NCBI RefSeq assembly: GCF_000196355.1
Contig: NC_007614.1
Location: 1,410,001-1,442,000 of the forward strand
DNA length: 32,000 nucleotides
Direction of reading: 5' to 3'
From: Nitrosospira multiformis ATCC 25196
Lineage (GTDB): Bacteria > Pseudomonadota > Gammaproteobacteria > Burkholderiales > Nitrosomonadaceae
Positions 1-12,361 of this stretch are shown here, one piece after another; the first letter of the stretch is position 1, and each line of letters opens with the position of its first letter. A program made the position numbers and the translations under genes. The notes beneath the pieces were generated by a model that did no database searches, was not told where the DNA came from, and saw only the letters and a program-made list of their open reading frames with translations.

Positions 1-41
1 ACGTCCATGACAAAGTACGCGTTGTGGCGATCTCCTTATGA

Positions 42-1811
<1,770 letters not shown>

Positions 1812-1924
1812 CTGTATTGTTGGAGGCGCCTTTCAAGATCGTTTCAGCCTCTAGTCCTCAGGCCGATTCTCCGGTAGTCCTCGGAGAGTGGCAGAATCGT
1901 TTTCAATAACTTGCAGATAAATGA

Positions 1925-3223
<1,299 letters not shown>

Positions 3224-3288
3224 GCCTTTTCAAATCCGAGCGGACAGGTCAGGAATTCCTCATGGAAGGAATCCTGGGAGAAGCCGAA

Positions 3289-3570
3289 GTGAAAGTATTG
3301 ACTCTTATACTCGTGGCATTAATTGTTCTGCTGCAATATCCGCTATGGCTGGGTAAGGGTAGCTGGTTGAAAGTATGGGAGGTCGATCAGCAGCTTGCAA
3401 CCCAGTATGAAACCAACGAAAAACTCAAGACTCGCAATTCCGCGCTGGATGCGGAAGTGCGGGACCTCAAGCAGGGATATGACGCTGTCGAAGAGCGCGC
3501 GCGCAATGAACTCGGGATGATCAAGGAGGGTGAGATTTTTTTCCGTACGGTGAACGATAAAAATGATTAG
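3289..3570 (+). CDS. ftsB: Cell division protein FtsB (septum formation initiator family)
   Basis: Short ORF with N-terminal TM segment ([17 protein letters not shown]), coiled coil and [18 protein letters not shown]; position directly after eno is the usual context. GTG start at 3289 is more likely than the ORF-track ATG at 3262. Confidence 0.88.
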   Translation: MKVLTLILVALIVLLQYPLWLGKGSWLKVWEVDQQLATQYETNEKLKTRNSALDAEVRDLKQGYDAVEERARNELGMIKEGEIFFRTVNDKND

Positions 3571-3629
3571 GATTTTGTGGGCAAGAGTTCAGCTATTTTC
3601 TGTGACAAGCGCATTGATCCAAATCTGAC

Positions 3630-4535
3630 TTAAAGTCCACCCTCGTTTCGTTCAACACTTTGATGCTGTGGCGTTTGAACGAAATCGGATTTTCCATCAA
3701 GATGATTCTGCAGAATATATCTGTCATGAAGGAAGTTGATAAGCCAGCTCAGACAGTATAACGAAGCCCCAAATAAAACGATGGTTGCCCCCGACGCGGT
3801 ATTGAAAATGTAGCTCAGATACATACCCGCGACTCCCGTTGTCCCACCGATGATCAATGCATAGATCAGCATGCGGCTGAAGCAGTCAGTCATGAGGCGG
3901 GCCGTAGCTGCGGGGGTGATGAGGGTGGCAGCGATCATGGTGACGCCTACGACGTTCATGGAAGCAATGATGATTAGCGTGAGGAGCAGCGAGAATATCA
4001 GTTGAACGCTGGCTGTCCTGATGCCGAACACTCGCGCCGCTTCCTGATCGAAAGTAGAGAAGAGTAGCGGCCGGTACATCAAGAACATCGTCGTCAAGGT
4101 GGATAGGGAAACGAACCCGATGAGCAGCAGATCTCCTTCCGTGATTCCAAGGATATTTCCGAACAGGGCTGCTTCGAAACTCTGGCTGAAGGCGCGCACC
4201 TGGCTGATGATGGCGACGCCCAGCGCGAACATGGCATTCGTGACGATGCCGATGGCTGCATCCAGCTTGATCGTGCCGCTCCTGGTAATCCTATTGATCA
4301 ATAGCACCGCAAGCAAGCCCATTGCCCCTGCACCGGCATAAAAATTGAGATTCAATATGAATCCAACCACTGCTCCGCCGAACGCTGCATGGGATAGTCC
4401 GTGACCCACGTAGCTCATCCCGCGCAGTATCACCAGCGCTCCAATCAAGCCGCAGGAAGCCCCCACCATCAGTGTCGCCAGCAGACCATGCCAGAAAAAT
4501 TCATACTCCAGCGGCTCAAGAAGAAATTCGATCAC
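3630..4535 (-). CDS. Metal (Zn/Mn/Fe-type) ABC transporter permease, ABC-3 family
   Basis: 301-aa multi-TM ORF MIEFLLEPLEYEFFWHGLLATLMVGASCGLIGALVILRGMSYVGHGLSHAAFGG; typical ZnuB/MntB-like motif. Confidence 0.9.
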   Translation of the reverse strand: MIEFLLEPLEYEFFWHGLLATLMVGASCGLIGALVILRGMSYVGHGLSHAAFGGAVVGFILNLNFYAGAGAMGLLAVLLINRITRSGTIKLDAAIGIVTNAMFALGVAIISQVRAFSQSFEAALFGNILGITEGDLLLIGFVSLSTLTTMFLMYRPLLFSTFDQEAARVFGIRTASVQLIFSLLLTLIIIASMNVVGVTMIAATLITPAATARLMTDCFSRMLIYALIIGGTTGVAGMYLSYIFNTASGATIVLFGASLYCLSWLINFLHDRYILQNHLDGKSDFVQTPQHQSVERNEGGL

Positions 4536-5359
4536 GGGTCGCTGTCTGAAAAGTGAATGGGTGTACCAGTGGCAATCAGGAAATAATCTTCATGCCTCAC
4601 TATAGTGATATCGCCCCCGTATGTCCTGGTCAGAATGTCATTGGTAAAGATGTCGCGAGGCCTTCCCTGCGCTATCAGGCCGTTCCTGAAACATATTACC
4701 CAGGGCAGGTGTGAAGCAACGGCGTTAAGGTCATGCGTGGTGAGCAAAATGGTAATACCTTCGCTATTGATATCCCCCAGCAGATGGAGCACTTCATGTT
4801 GAGCCTTGATATCGACTCCTGTGGTAGGCTCATCCAGCACCAGCAGCGCCGGGTTGTTGACCAGGGCTCGGGCGAGAAATGCGCGCTGGCGCTGCCCTCC
4901 CGAAGTATTGGATATCTGCTGGCGCAGGCAGCGGTAAATCCCCAGCCTGTGTGCCAGATCGTGGACACGCTCCCGCTCTTCCACGCTTGGCCAGGGCCAT
5001 ATCCGCTTTCCTGTATAGAAGCCCATCAGGATGACCTCTTCCACGGTAACGGGAAAACGCCAATCCACGCTTCCCAATTGCGGCACATAGCCGATGATGC
5101 CGCGCGGAATGTCGTTCAATGCCTGCCCATCCAGGAGCACGGTGCCGGAAAGGGGCGATTGCGTGCCCAGAATGGTTTTAAGCAGCGTCGTTTTGCCGCA
5201 GGCGGTGGGGCCCACGATTCCTGCGAATTGACCTTTGTCGATTTTCAATGACAGGCGCTTGAAGACGATATGAGGTCCGTAGCCTGCCGTCACATCGATC
5301 AGGCTGACTGCTGCGGGATGTACGTGCGACTCAGTACTTGATATTGCTCGTGTCGACAT
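4532..5359 (-). CDS. Metal ABC transporter ATP-binding protein
   Basis: Walker A GPTACGKTTLLKT, signature SGGQRQRAFLARAL, Walker B LLVLDEPTTGVD; overlaps the permease ORF by 4 bp. Confidence 0.92.
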   Translation of the reverse strand: MSTRAISSTESHVHPAAVSLIDVTAGYGPHIVFKRLSLKIDKGQFAGIVGPTACGKTTLLKTILGTQSPLSGTVLLDGQALNDIPRGIIGYVPQLGSVDWRFPVTVEEVILMGFYTGKRIWPWPSVEERERVHDLAHRLGIYRCLRQQISNTSGGQRQRAFLARALVNNPALLVLDEPTTGVDIKAQHEVLHLLGDINSEGITILLTTHDLNAVASHLPWVICFRNGLIAQGRPRDIFTNDILTRTYGGDITIVRHEDYFLIATGTPIHFSDSDP

Positions 5360-6419
5360 CTGCCATGCAGCCCGGATTCCCGCCGAGTGCTGCCGTCATT
5401 ATCCTCATGTTGTTCGCCATCATGCCGATGAAAGAGTTTTCCGGAGGTGGGGGCAGCGCATCATCGGAAAGCTGATCTATGAACTTGACGCCCGTCTCGC
5501 GGGCGATCTGCTCCATGATCTTGCTGGGGAAAACTTCCGAGCCAAAAATAGCAGGTACATTCTCGTTTCTGATCTGCTTTATGATGCGGATTACCTCTCG
5601 TGGTCCGGGTTCCGAAAAATCGGAGGGTTGAACCGCCGCAATGATCTTCATCCCATACCGGGGAGCGAAGTACGCAAAGGAGTCATGATAAGTCACGAGC
5701 TTGCGATTTTTCTCCGGAATGGTCTTTACGCAAGCAAAGGTTGCCTTATCCAGGTTACGCAGCTTGCCCAGATACATCGATGCATTTGCCATGTATCCTT
5801 CCTTGTGTACGGGATCGAGCGCGATGAGCTCGTCCTGCACGACTTCGACATAACGCATTGCCAGCGCGATATTGGGCCAGAGATGAGGATTGGGATGGCC
5901 ACGCTCGCGGGGAAAGCTGAAATCATACTGCCAATCCTCCTTGCGCAAGATACGGTTTCCCAGCTCGAGAATCCGTACTCTTCCTTTCGTGATCTTTTCC
6001 GCCAGCTTCAGGGTGGGCAACTCGAGATCGAGGCCATTGGCAATAATGATATCGGCCGTTTCCAGCAGCTTTGCATCTGCGGGAACCGGCTCGAAGGTGT
6101 GAGAATCGGTTCCATCGGGAACAATTCCAGTCACATTTGCATAATCCCCGCTCACATTGCGGACGATATTCGTGATGGGCGCCACGGTTGTGACGATAAA
6201 GAGCCTTTTGGCCGCATTTCCGGCATGGGAAGGTGGCGGTTGCACTAACAGAAGCAGTAGAAATGGAAGGGCAATCTGACGAAGCTGCACGGCTGTTTTT
6301 TTTGTCGATGAGAAATGGTGTCGCGCTTTGGCTGAAGATCGATCAGGCTTTAAGGTGCTTATGAAGCTTACCATCAATCCATTTACGATGATGTAGGGGA
6401 ATCCTGACAAAGGCTTCAC
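5331..6419 (-). CDS. Metal ABC transporter substrate-binding protein (ZnuA/MntA/TroA-like, cluster 9)
   Basis: Signal-peptide-like LRQIALPFLLLLLVQPPPSHAG, then DSHTFEP, HPNPHLWPN, YHDSFAYFAPRYG. The N-terminus is uncertain; the true start is probably internal to this ORF. Confidence 0.87.
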   Translation of the reverse strand: MKPLSGFPYIIVNGLMVSFISTLKPDRSSAKARHHFSSTKKTAVQLRQIALPFLLLLLVQPPPSHAGNAAKRLFIVTTVAPITNIVRNVSGDYANVTGIVPDGTDSHTFEPVPADAKLLETADIIIANGLDLELPTLKLAEKITKGRVRILELGNRILRKEDWQYDFSFPRERGHPNPHLWPNIALAMRYVEVVQDELIALDPVHKEGYMANASMYLGKLRNLDKATFACVKTIPEKNRKLVTYHDSFAYFAPRYGMKIIAAVQPSDFSEPGPREVIRIIKQIRNENVPAIFGSEVFPSKIMEQIARETGVKFIDQLSDDALPPPPENSFIGMMANNMRIMTAALGGNPGCMADVDTSNIKY

Positions 6420-6607
6420 TTAGCCCTACCGGTCATTTCGATATCTCCCGACAGACATGCGCATTATTTGCACGTACCTTTAGCTGGATTGCAGGTTTTT
6501 CCCTGTCTTTCGTCTGGAGGTATTACGAATCTGCAATATTTCCTACCATTTTATTTATTGTGGTTCAAGTTTCACTATAAGGAAATCAAGCAAGGAACCT
6601 GTTTCGA

Positions 6608-8725
6608 GTGGGATATGAATATCGATCAGAGCGCGCTATCAGAGACAATTGCCGCACTTATTCGGCTCGATCGGTTTGCCATGTTGTTCTTTCGATTGAA
6701 GCGGTACTTGCGGGAATGATGGTGCCGTGGTGCAGCAACGCAGCAGGGATCCTGACCCTGAATGAAGTGGAAGTCCGGGCTGATGCCAGAAATCTCATCG
6801 GGACTGCCGATTCGGCAAACGAGGGCACTGTACTCAAGCGCCAGCTTGATGAGCGGACGGTTTATCGACCGGGGGAATTGCTCGAAACCGTTCCCGGCCT
6901 TATCGTCACCCAGCATAGTGGGGAAGGCAAGGCTAATCAGTACTTTGCGCGTGGTTTCAATCTCGATCATGGAACCGATCTGAGGATAACCGTGGATGGC
7001 ATGCTGGTAAACCAACGTTCCCACGGTCACGGACAGGGCTGGGCCGACATGAATTTCATCATTCCCGAACTGGCCGGTGGATTGCGATATCAAAAGGGCC
7101 CTTATTATGCTGATCTGGGCGATTTCTCCTCGGCAGGTGCGGTCAGTATGAGTTATGTCGATAAGCTGCCGCGTGGCATTGCCAACTACGGAGTAGGCCA
7201 GCAGGGCTTCATACGTGGATTATTGGCAAAATCTTATGAGGCGGGCAACGGCAATTTTTTATATGCTTTTGAACTGCTGACCAAGGATGGCCCCTGGATT
7301 AACAAAGAGAATTACAAGAAATTCAACGCTGTATTGCGCTACAGTCAAAATACGGGCAACACCCGATTCAATATCACCGCAATGGGTTATGGTGGAAACT
7401 GGAATGCGACCGATCAGATACCACAACGCGCAGTAACGTGGGGTCTGATTCCTCGCCTGGGCGCAATTGACCCGAGCGACGGGGGAGAATCCCATCGCTT
7501 CAGTTTATCGGCGGCCTTGCAACACACGAGCAATCATGGAGTGACGAGAGCAAATCTCTATACTATCCATAGCAATCTCGCATTGTTTTCCAATTTTACC
7601 TATTTCCTCGACGATCCCATCAATGGTGATCAGTTTTCCCAAACCGACAAACGCTTCCAGTCTGCCTTCAACCTGAATCATACGTGGGTAACCGGTTTGG
7701 CAGGGTTCGCATTCGAAAATCTGGCGGGCATCCAGGTCCAGAGCGATGTTATAGATAATGGCCTGCTAAGCACGCAGCAGCGCCGGGTATTGTCGGTTAC
7801 GCGTAAAGACCATGTGCTCGAAAACAGTGTGGGTCTCTATTACCAAAACAGCGTTCAATGGCTGGAAAAATTTCGCAGCGTGGCGGGAGTGCGTAGCGAC
7901 TTTTACTGGTTTGATATCAATAGCAATATTGACGCCAATTCCGGCAGGGAATACGACAGCATCACGAATCCCAAGCTCAGCCTGATTTTTGGCCCATGGG
8001 CGAAGACGGAGTATTACTTCAACTACGGCAGCGGGTTCCATAGCAACGATGCGCGAGGTGTGACGACAACCGTGGATCCTAAATCCCGAGAACCTGTAAG
8101 CAGAGTCCATCCACTCGTCCGCTCTACGGGGTATGAGGCGGGACTACGCACAGCCATCATCCCCGGACTGCAGGCGTCGATCACATTTTTTCAACTGGAT
8201 CTGGCCTCCGAGCTGTTATTCGTGGGGGATGCCGGCACGACCGAGGCAAGCCGTCCCAGTCGACGCAAGGGGTTCGAGCTTTCGGCATTCTATATGCCCA
8301 ATAACTGGCTAATGATGGATTTGGATTATGCGTTGGCCGATGCCAGGTTTACCGATTGGGATCCGGCAGGCAATCACATTCCCGGCGCAGTCAAAGGGGT
8401 GGGGAAATTTGCTGTTGCCGTGGACAATCTGGGTCCTCTCTTTGGCAGCATGCAGATCCGTTATTTTGGAAAACGACCGCAGGTGGAGGATAACAGCATT
8501 CAGTCGGGCAATACCGTCACAGTCAATGGGCAGATCGGGATAAAGATCGATAAGAAATTCCGCGTAATGCTACAGGTATTCAATCTATTCAATACCAAGG
8601 CTCACGCGATTGATTACTACTATACCTCCCGACTTCCCAATGAGCCCGATGCCGGTATTGCCGACAGGCACTTTCATCCTATCGAAAGCCGTTCTTTCCG
8701 GATCAATCTGGTCGGGAATTTTTAA
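6608..8725 (+). CDS. TonB-dependent outer-membrane receptor
   Basis: Plug-domain features (ADSANEGTVLKRQLDERTVYRPGELLETVPGLIVTQHSGEGKANQYFARGFNLDHGTDLRITVDG), long beta-barrel, terminal aromatic ...SRSFRINLVGNF. The N-terminal start (GTG 6608) is uncertain. Confidence 0.93.
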   Translation: MGYEYRSERAIRDNCRTYSARSVCHVVLSIEAVLAGMMVPWCSNAAGILTLNEVEVRADARNLIGTADSANEGTVLKRQLDERTVYRPGELLETVPGLIVTQHSGEGKANQYFARGFNLDHGTDLRITVDGMLVNQRSHGHGQGWADMNFIIPELAGGLRYQKGPYYADLGDFSSAGAVSMSYVDKLPRGIANYGVGQQGFIRGLLAKSYEAGNGNFLYAFELLTKDGPWINKENYKKFNAVLRYSQNTGNTRFNITAMGYGGNWNATDQIPQRAVTWGLIPRLGAIDPSDGGESHRFSLSAALQHTSNHGVTRANLYTIHSNLALFSNFTYFLDDPINGDQFSQTDKRFQSAFNLNHTWVTGLAGFAFENLAGIQVQSDVIDNGLLSTQQRRVLSVTRKDHVLENSVGLYYQNSVQWLEKFRSVAGVRSDFYWFDINSNIDANSGREYDSITNPKLSLIFGPWAKTEYYFNYGSGFHSNDARGVTTTVDPKSREPVSRVHPLVRSTGYEAGLRTAIIPGLQASITFFQLDLASELLFVGDAGTTEASRPSRRKGFELSAFYMPNNWLMMDLDYALADARFTDWDPAGNHIPGAVKGVGKFAVAVDNLGPLFGSMQIRYFGKRPQVEDNSIQSGNTVTVNGQIGIKIDKKFRVMLQVFNLFNTKAHAIDYYYTSRLPNEPDAGIADRHFHPIESRSFRINLVGNF

Positions 8726-8780
8726 AGATCAGCATACTGCTGAATAACCTATCGAACTATTGAATATCTGGAGCCAGGCA

Positions 8781-9242
8781 ATGGAACGTCTTACCATCTC
8801 ACTGAATGATCAGCTTGCCAAGCAGTTCGAATCCGCAATGCACAAGCTGGGCTACTTCAACCGGTCCGAAGCCGTTCGCGATTTGATACGAAACATGATT
8901 GAAACCGCGCGCCAGGAAGAACAGGTTGATGGATACTGTATCGCAACGCTCAGCTATATCTATAATCACCACGAACGTGAGCTGGCGCGCTGTGTTACTT
9001 CAACACAGCACAATCATCACAACCTTACCCTCTCCACCATGCACGTGCATATGGATCATGATAATTGTCTGGAAGTGACCATTCTGAGGGGTACGATCAA
9101 GAGTGTGAAAAATTTTGCCAACCTCGTTACCGCCACACCGGGAGTGCGGCATGGCAAGTTGCATCTTCTACCAATAGAAATCGTGCAGGAGCATGATTTT
9201 CATGAATCCGAGCCGCATGTTCATAGCAGTCCTCTTACCTGA
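8781..9242 (+). CDS. nikR: Nickel-responsive transcriptional regulator, NikR family (ribbon-helix-helix)
   Basis: MERLTISLNDQLAKQFESAMHKLGYFNRSEAVRDLIR (RHH) followed by TQHNHHNLTLSTMHVHMDHDNCLEV, matching the His/His-x-His/Cys metal site of NikR. ATG at 8781 is preferred over the TTG at 8760 in the ORF track. Confidence 0.9.
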   Translation: MERLTISLNDQLAKQFESAMHKLGYFNRSEAVRDLIRNMIETARQEEQVDGYCIATLSYIYNHHERELARCVTSTQHNHHNLTLSTMHVHMDHDNCLEVTILRGTIKSVKNFANLVTATPGVRHGKLHLLPIEIVQEHDFHESEPHVHSSPLT

Positions 9243-9341
9243 AGAGCCGAGTTGCTGCGGATAGTAAACCAGGACAGGCCGAAGAGATTCCGGGAATCGC
9301 ATCCGGCCGCTGCACGAAGTGGGATCGATCTGCATGAATTC

Positions 9342-9977
9342 CTATTCGAGCAGCTTATGCTCCGCCACGTAGCGGATCAGTTGCGCGTTGTTCTGCATGC
9401 CCATTTTTTCGAGGACGCGCGCACGATAGGTACTGATCGTTTTCGCACTCAGTTTCAGCTTCTGGGAGATTTCGGTCAGGGATATTCCGACTGCGATGAG
9501 CTTGAGAACATCGAGTTCGCGGTTGGAAAGGGCGGAGTGGCGTGGCATGGTGGAAGAGGGACCCAGGTCGAACAGAAGTTTCTCGGCCAGTTTCGGATCT
9601 ATGTATCTTCCCCCATGCGCCAGTCGGCGAATTACCGATATCAACAGGTCAGTCGGGCTATTTTTTGTCAGATAGGCTGAAGTACCGGCGCGTATCGCAC
9701 GAATGGCATACTCGTCTTCATGGTAGGTGCTGAGCATCAGTATGCGATGCTTTGGATCGTCGTCCATGATCCGTTGTAGCACCTCGAGCCCGTTCATTCC
9801 AGGCATGCTGACGTCAAGCAACCCCACATCCCATCCCCCGAGGCGCATTTTTTTCAAAGCATCGAGTCCATCCGTAGCCTCGCCTACGACTACGATATCT
9901 GTTGTTTCGGCAAGAATGCGTCGCAAACCATCACGAAAAAGCCGATGATCGTCAGCCAGAAAGGTCTTGATGATCAA
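9342..9977 (-). CDS. Two-component response regulator, NarL/FixJ (LuxR HTH) family
   Basis: REC domain MIIKTFLADDHRLFRDGLRRIL...LLDVSMPGMNG; C-terminal LSNRELDVLKLIAVGISLTEISQKLKLSAKTISTYRARVLEKM. Confidence 0.94.
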   Translation of the reverse strand: MIIKTFLADDHRLFRDGLRRILAETTDIVVVGEATDGLDALKKMRLGGWDVGLLDVSMPGMNGLEVLQRIMDDDPKHRILMLSTYHEDEYAIRAIRAGTSAYLTKNSPTDLLISVIRRLAHGGRYIDPKLAEKLLFDLGPSSTMPRHSALSNRELDVLKLIAVGISLTEISQKLKLSAKTISTYRARVLEKMGMQNNAQLIRYVAEHKLLE

Positions 9978-10011
9978 GCACGCTCTCCTGAAAACGGGTA
10001 CTCAGCGATGC

Positions 10012-12090
10012 TCATGAAACGGATATTCCATTATTTTGTGAAGATACGGGCAGCGCGCGGTACTCCGCAACAATGGAATGAAGGAGGGATGGGCTATTTG
10101 TAATGCCAGAGGCAGTGCAATCAAAATGCTCGTTTCGCCTCAGCGGAATTGATACACGAACCAACGCACCTTGACCTGGCCCACTTGTGATAGCGATATA
10201 ACCCCGGAGTGCTGCGGCCCGTTCTCGCATTCCAACCAATCCAAATGACTTTCCTTTTTTCGCACTCTCGGGATCGAATCCTCTGCCATTGTCGCAAATT
10301 TCGACAATGACTTCGTCCTTTTCCCGGAATAACCGGATTTCCACACGGTTCGCCCCTGAGTGCCGCGTCACGTTTGTCAGTGACTCCTGGACGATACGGA
10401 ATATTGCAACAGTCTGGTCTTCGTCCAGGTTCACCGGTTCCTCGGGTAGTCGCAGGTCACAATAGATGCCGGTATGTTTTTTGAACTCGCTGGTCAGTTT
10501 TGTAAGGGCCGATTCGATTCCCAGTCCCAGTGAAGCAGGACGTAAATGTTCCGCCACATTGTGCACGCTCTGGCCCGCTTTCTCGACGAGTTCGGCCATG
10601 TTGTGTCTGATGGTTTCAAGCCGTTCGCTGCCATGATCTTTCGCGCTTCTTAGCAACGAGATTTCCAGGTGCAGCGCCGCCAGAAGCTGGCCGAGCTCAT
10701 CATGGATCTCCCGTGCAATATATTTGCGATCTTCTTCCCGCATTCGCTCGAGGTGGGCGGCAAATTCCCGTATCGCTGCGTCACGCACCCGGAGTTCCTG
10801 CTCCACCAGAACCCGTGCCTCGGTCTGCTGGTGTTCCAGCCATCGTCCCAGGTCGTCTCCGATTACATCGATCAGATTCTGCTCCTCTGGCAGCAGAAAG
10901 AACCGGTCCCCGCGATAAAACAGTTTTATCCAGCCACGTATCTCACCGTGAACGGTGATCTGTTTTTGCAATTCATGTACATGATTTCCGTGGTATGGAT
11001 CGGATACAAGTTCCTTGCCATCCATTTCGATTTTGACACCGGCGAGATGTGGAAACTGCATTGCTGCGATGAGTTCGGTCGCGATTGTGTCGCATACTTC
11101 TTCCAGCGATGAGGACTCCATGCCTCGCCGGATCGAATAAAAGCAGTTAATTTCCTTCAGCCGTTCGCGCAGCGATTCTTCGACTTGTCTAAGTTTGATA
11201 ATTTCATGTTCAATGGCTTCTGCCATGGAATTGAAACCTGCTCCCAGCTCGGCGATTTCATTGCGGGTGGAAATAGCACAACGAGTCGAATAATTGCCTT
11301 GTGCAATACCGCTTACCTGGCGTCTGAGGTAATCGAGGGGAAGCAGAATGTTGCGGCGTGTATAAAAAGTGGCAAGAGTCGCAAAGAACAGCGCAAAGCA
11401 TAGTACAACCAGTATCAGCAGGATTTGTTGCTCGAACTTGAGCTGCAGATTACTGAGTTTATTCCGGGTGCGTGTGTCGAGTTCGAGCATGAACTGGTTG
11501 ATGGGTGCCATGATTCTGATTTTCTCAGTCTCATAACGCTTGCCAAACAAAAGATCGATCGCAAAATTGCGCCGGGAGGGGCAAGGCACATTGAAATTCC
11601 CCTGTTGATCTTCACATAGTCCTTTTACGGCGGCGAATGCCTGCTTTTCCAGCCTGACGAGGTTGTCCGAATTTTCCTGCGACTGCCGCAGCAGATCCAG
11701 TTCCCCTTCACTGAAACCTTCGCGGCGCATCAATTCCATGAGAGAAATCGTATTTTCCCTTGCACCGGGGGGGTGGGTATTTTCCAGATGAGCATAGGCA
11801 ATCGGATAATCCTGAGGCCGCGGCCTTATGCCATTCCGGATATCGAGTATTTCAAAAAAGCTATGCTCATAGGCAGGATCACCTGTTACTGCATAGGTGC
11901 GAGCCATCCTGGTCAAATCCTCGGAACTGCGAAACAGCTCATTTGCCAGTTGTAGCGATCGGTGCTTCTGACGTTCAGCCTCGGTAACCTCATCGAGCGT
12001 GTTTAACGCCCGAGAAGAAAGAAATATGAGCACGGTGAGCACGAATAGGATGGAGGCGAGAGAGAAATTCGTGAAAAAACCGATTCTCAT
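10012..12090 (-). CDS. Membrane sensor histidine kinase (periplasmic sensor region, HAMP, HisKA_3, HATPase)
   Basis: Two TM segments flanking a periplasmic region; HAMP-like RRNILLPLDYLRRQVSGIAQGNY; phospho-His REIHDELGQLLAALHLEI; ATPase motifs ESLTNVTRHSGA and DNGRGFDP. Confidence 0.93.
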   Translation of the reverse strand: MRIGFFTNFSLASILFVLTVLIFLSSRALNTLDEVTEAERQKHRSLQLANELFRSSEDLTRMARTYAVTGDPAYEHSFFEILDIRNGIRPRPQDYPIAYAHLENTHPPGARENTISLMELMRREGFSEGELDLLRQSQENSDNLVRLEKQAFAAVKGLCEDQQGNFNVPCPSRRNFAIDLLFGKRYETEKIRIMAPINQFMLELDTRTRNKLSNLQLKFEQQILLILVVLCFALFFATLATFYTRRNILLPLDYLRRQVSGIAQGNYSTRCAISTRNEIAELGAGFNSMAEAIEHEIIKLRQVEESLRERLKEINCFYSIRRGMESSSLEEVCDTIATELIAAMQFPHLAGVKIEMDGKELVSDPYHGNHVHELQKQITVHGEIRGWIKLFYRGDRFFLLPEEQNLIDVIGDDLGRWLEHQQTEARVLVEQELRVRDAAIREFAAHLERMREEDRKYIAREIHDELGQLLAALHLEISLLRSAKDHGSERLETIRHNMAELVEKAGQSVHNVAEHLRPASLGLGIESALTKLTSEFKKHTGIYCDLRLPEEPVNLDEDQTVAIFRIVQESLTNVTRHSGANRVEIRLFREKDEVIVEICDNGRGFDPESAKKGKSFGLVGMRERAAALRGYIAITSGPGQGALVRVSIPLRRNEHFDCTASGITNSPSLLHSIVAEYRALPVSSQNNGISVS

Positions 12091-12172
12091 ATTTTTATAT
12101 ATATATCCCTATAGCCATCAAGCAGGGCTTTTTTTGCAGAAAATCAGCGTGAACAAATTCACGATAATCAGG

Positions 12173-12192
12173 AACCCGCGGTGGGTTTTTTT
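12173..12192 (+). terminator. Rho-independent terminator-like hairpin in the leader region of the porin gene
   Basis: AACCCG-CGG-TGGGTT followed by a T run (AACCCGCGGTGGGTTTTTTT), located between two divergent genes. Confidence 0.5.
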
Positions 12193-12361
12193 GTAGCCAG
12201 GGCTGGCTGCTTAAGCAGCTTTGATCCGTAATGTAATAAATATCAAGAAATTTTCATATACCAAATTTGGAAGCTGTGGATGTTTTCTAATGATGAATAC
12301 TAAAAATTCCTGCATGATTGTGCAACCGATTATCAGTCGGGTAACAAAAGAAACTTTGGTA

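Noticed and set aside
4733-5251. 172-aa plus-strand ORF opposite the ABC ATPase gene
   Set aside because: Shadow of a gene with clear Walker/signature motifs.
6468-6719. 83-aa plus-strand ORF overlapping the TonB receptor 5' end
   Set aside because: No recognisable product; overlaps in another frame. It could reflect uncertainty in the receptor start rather than a real gene.
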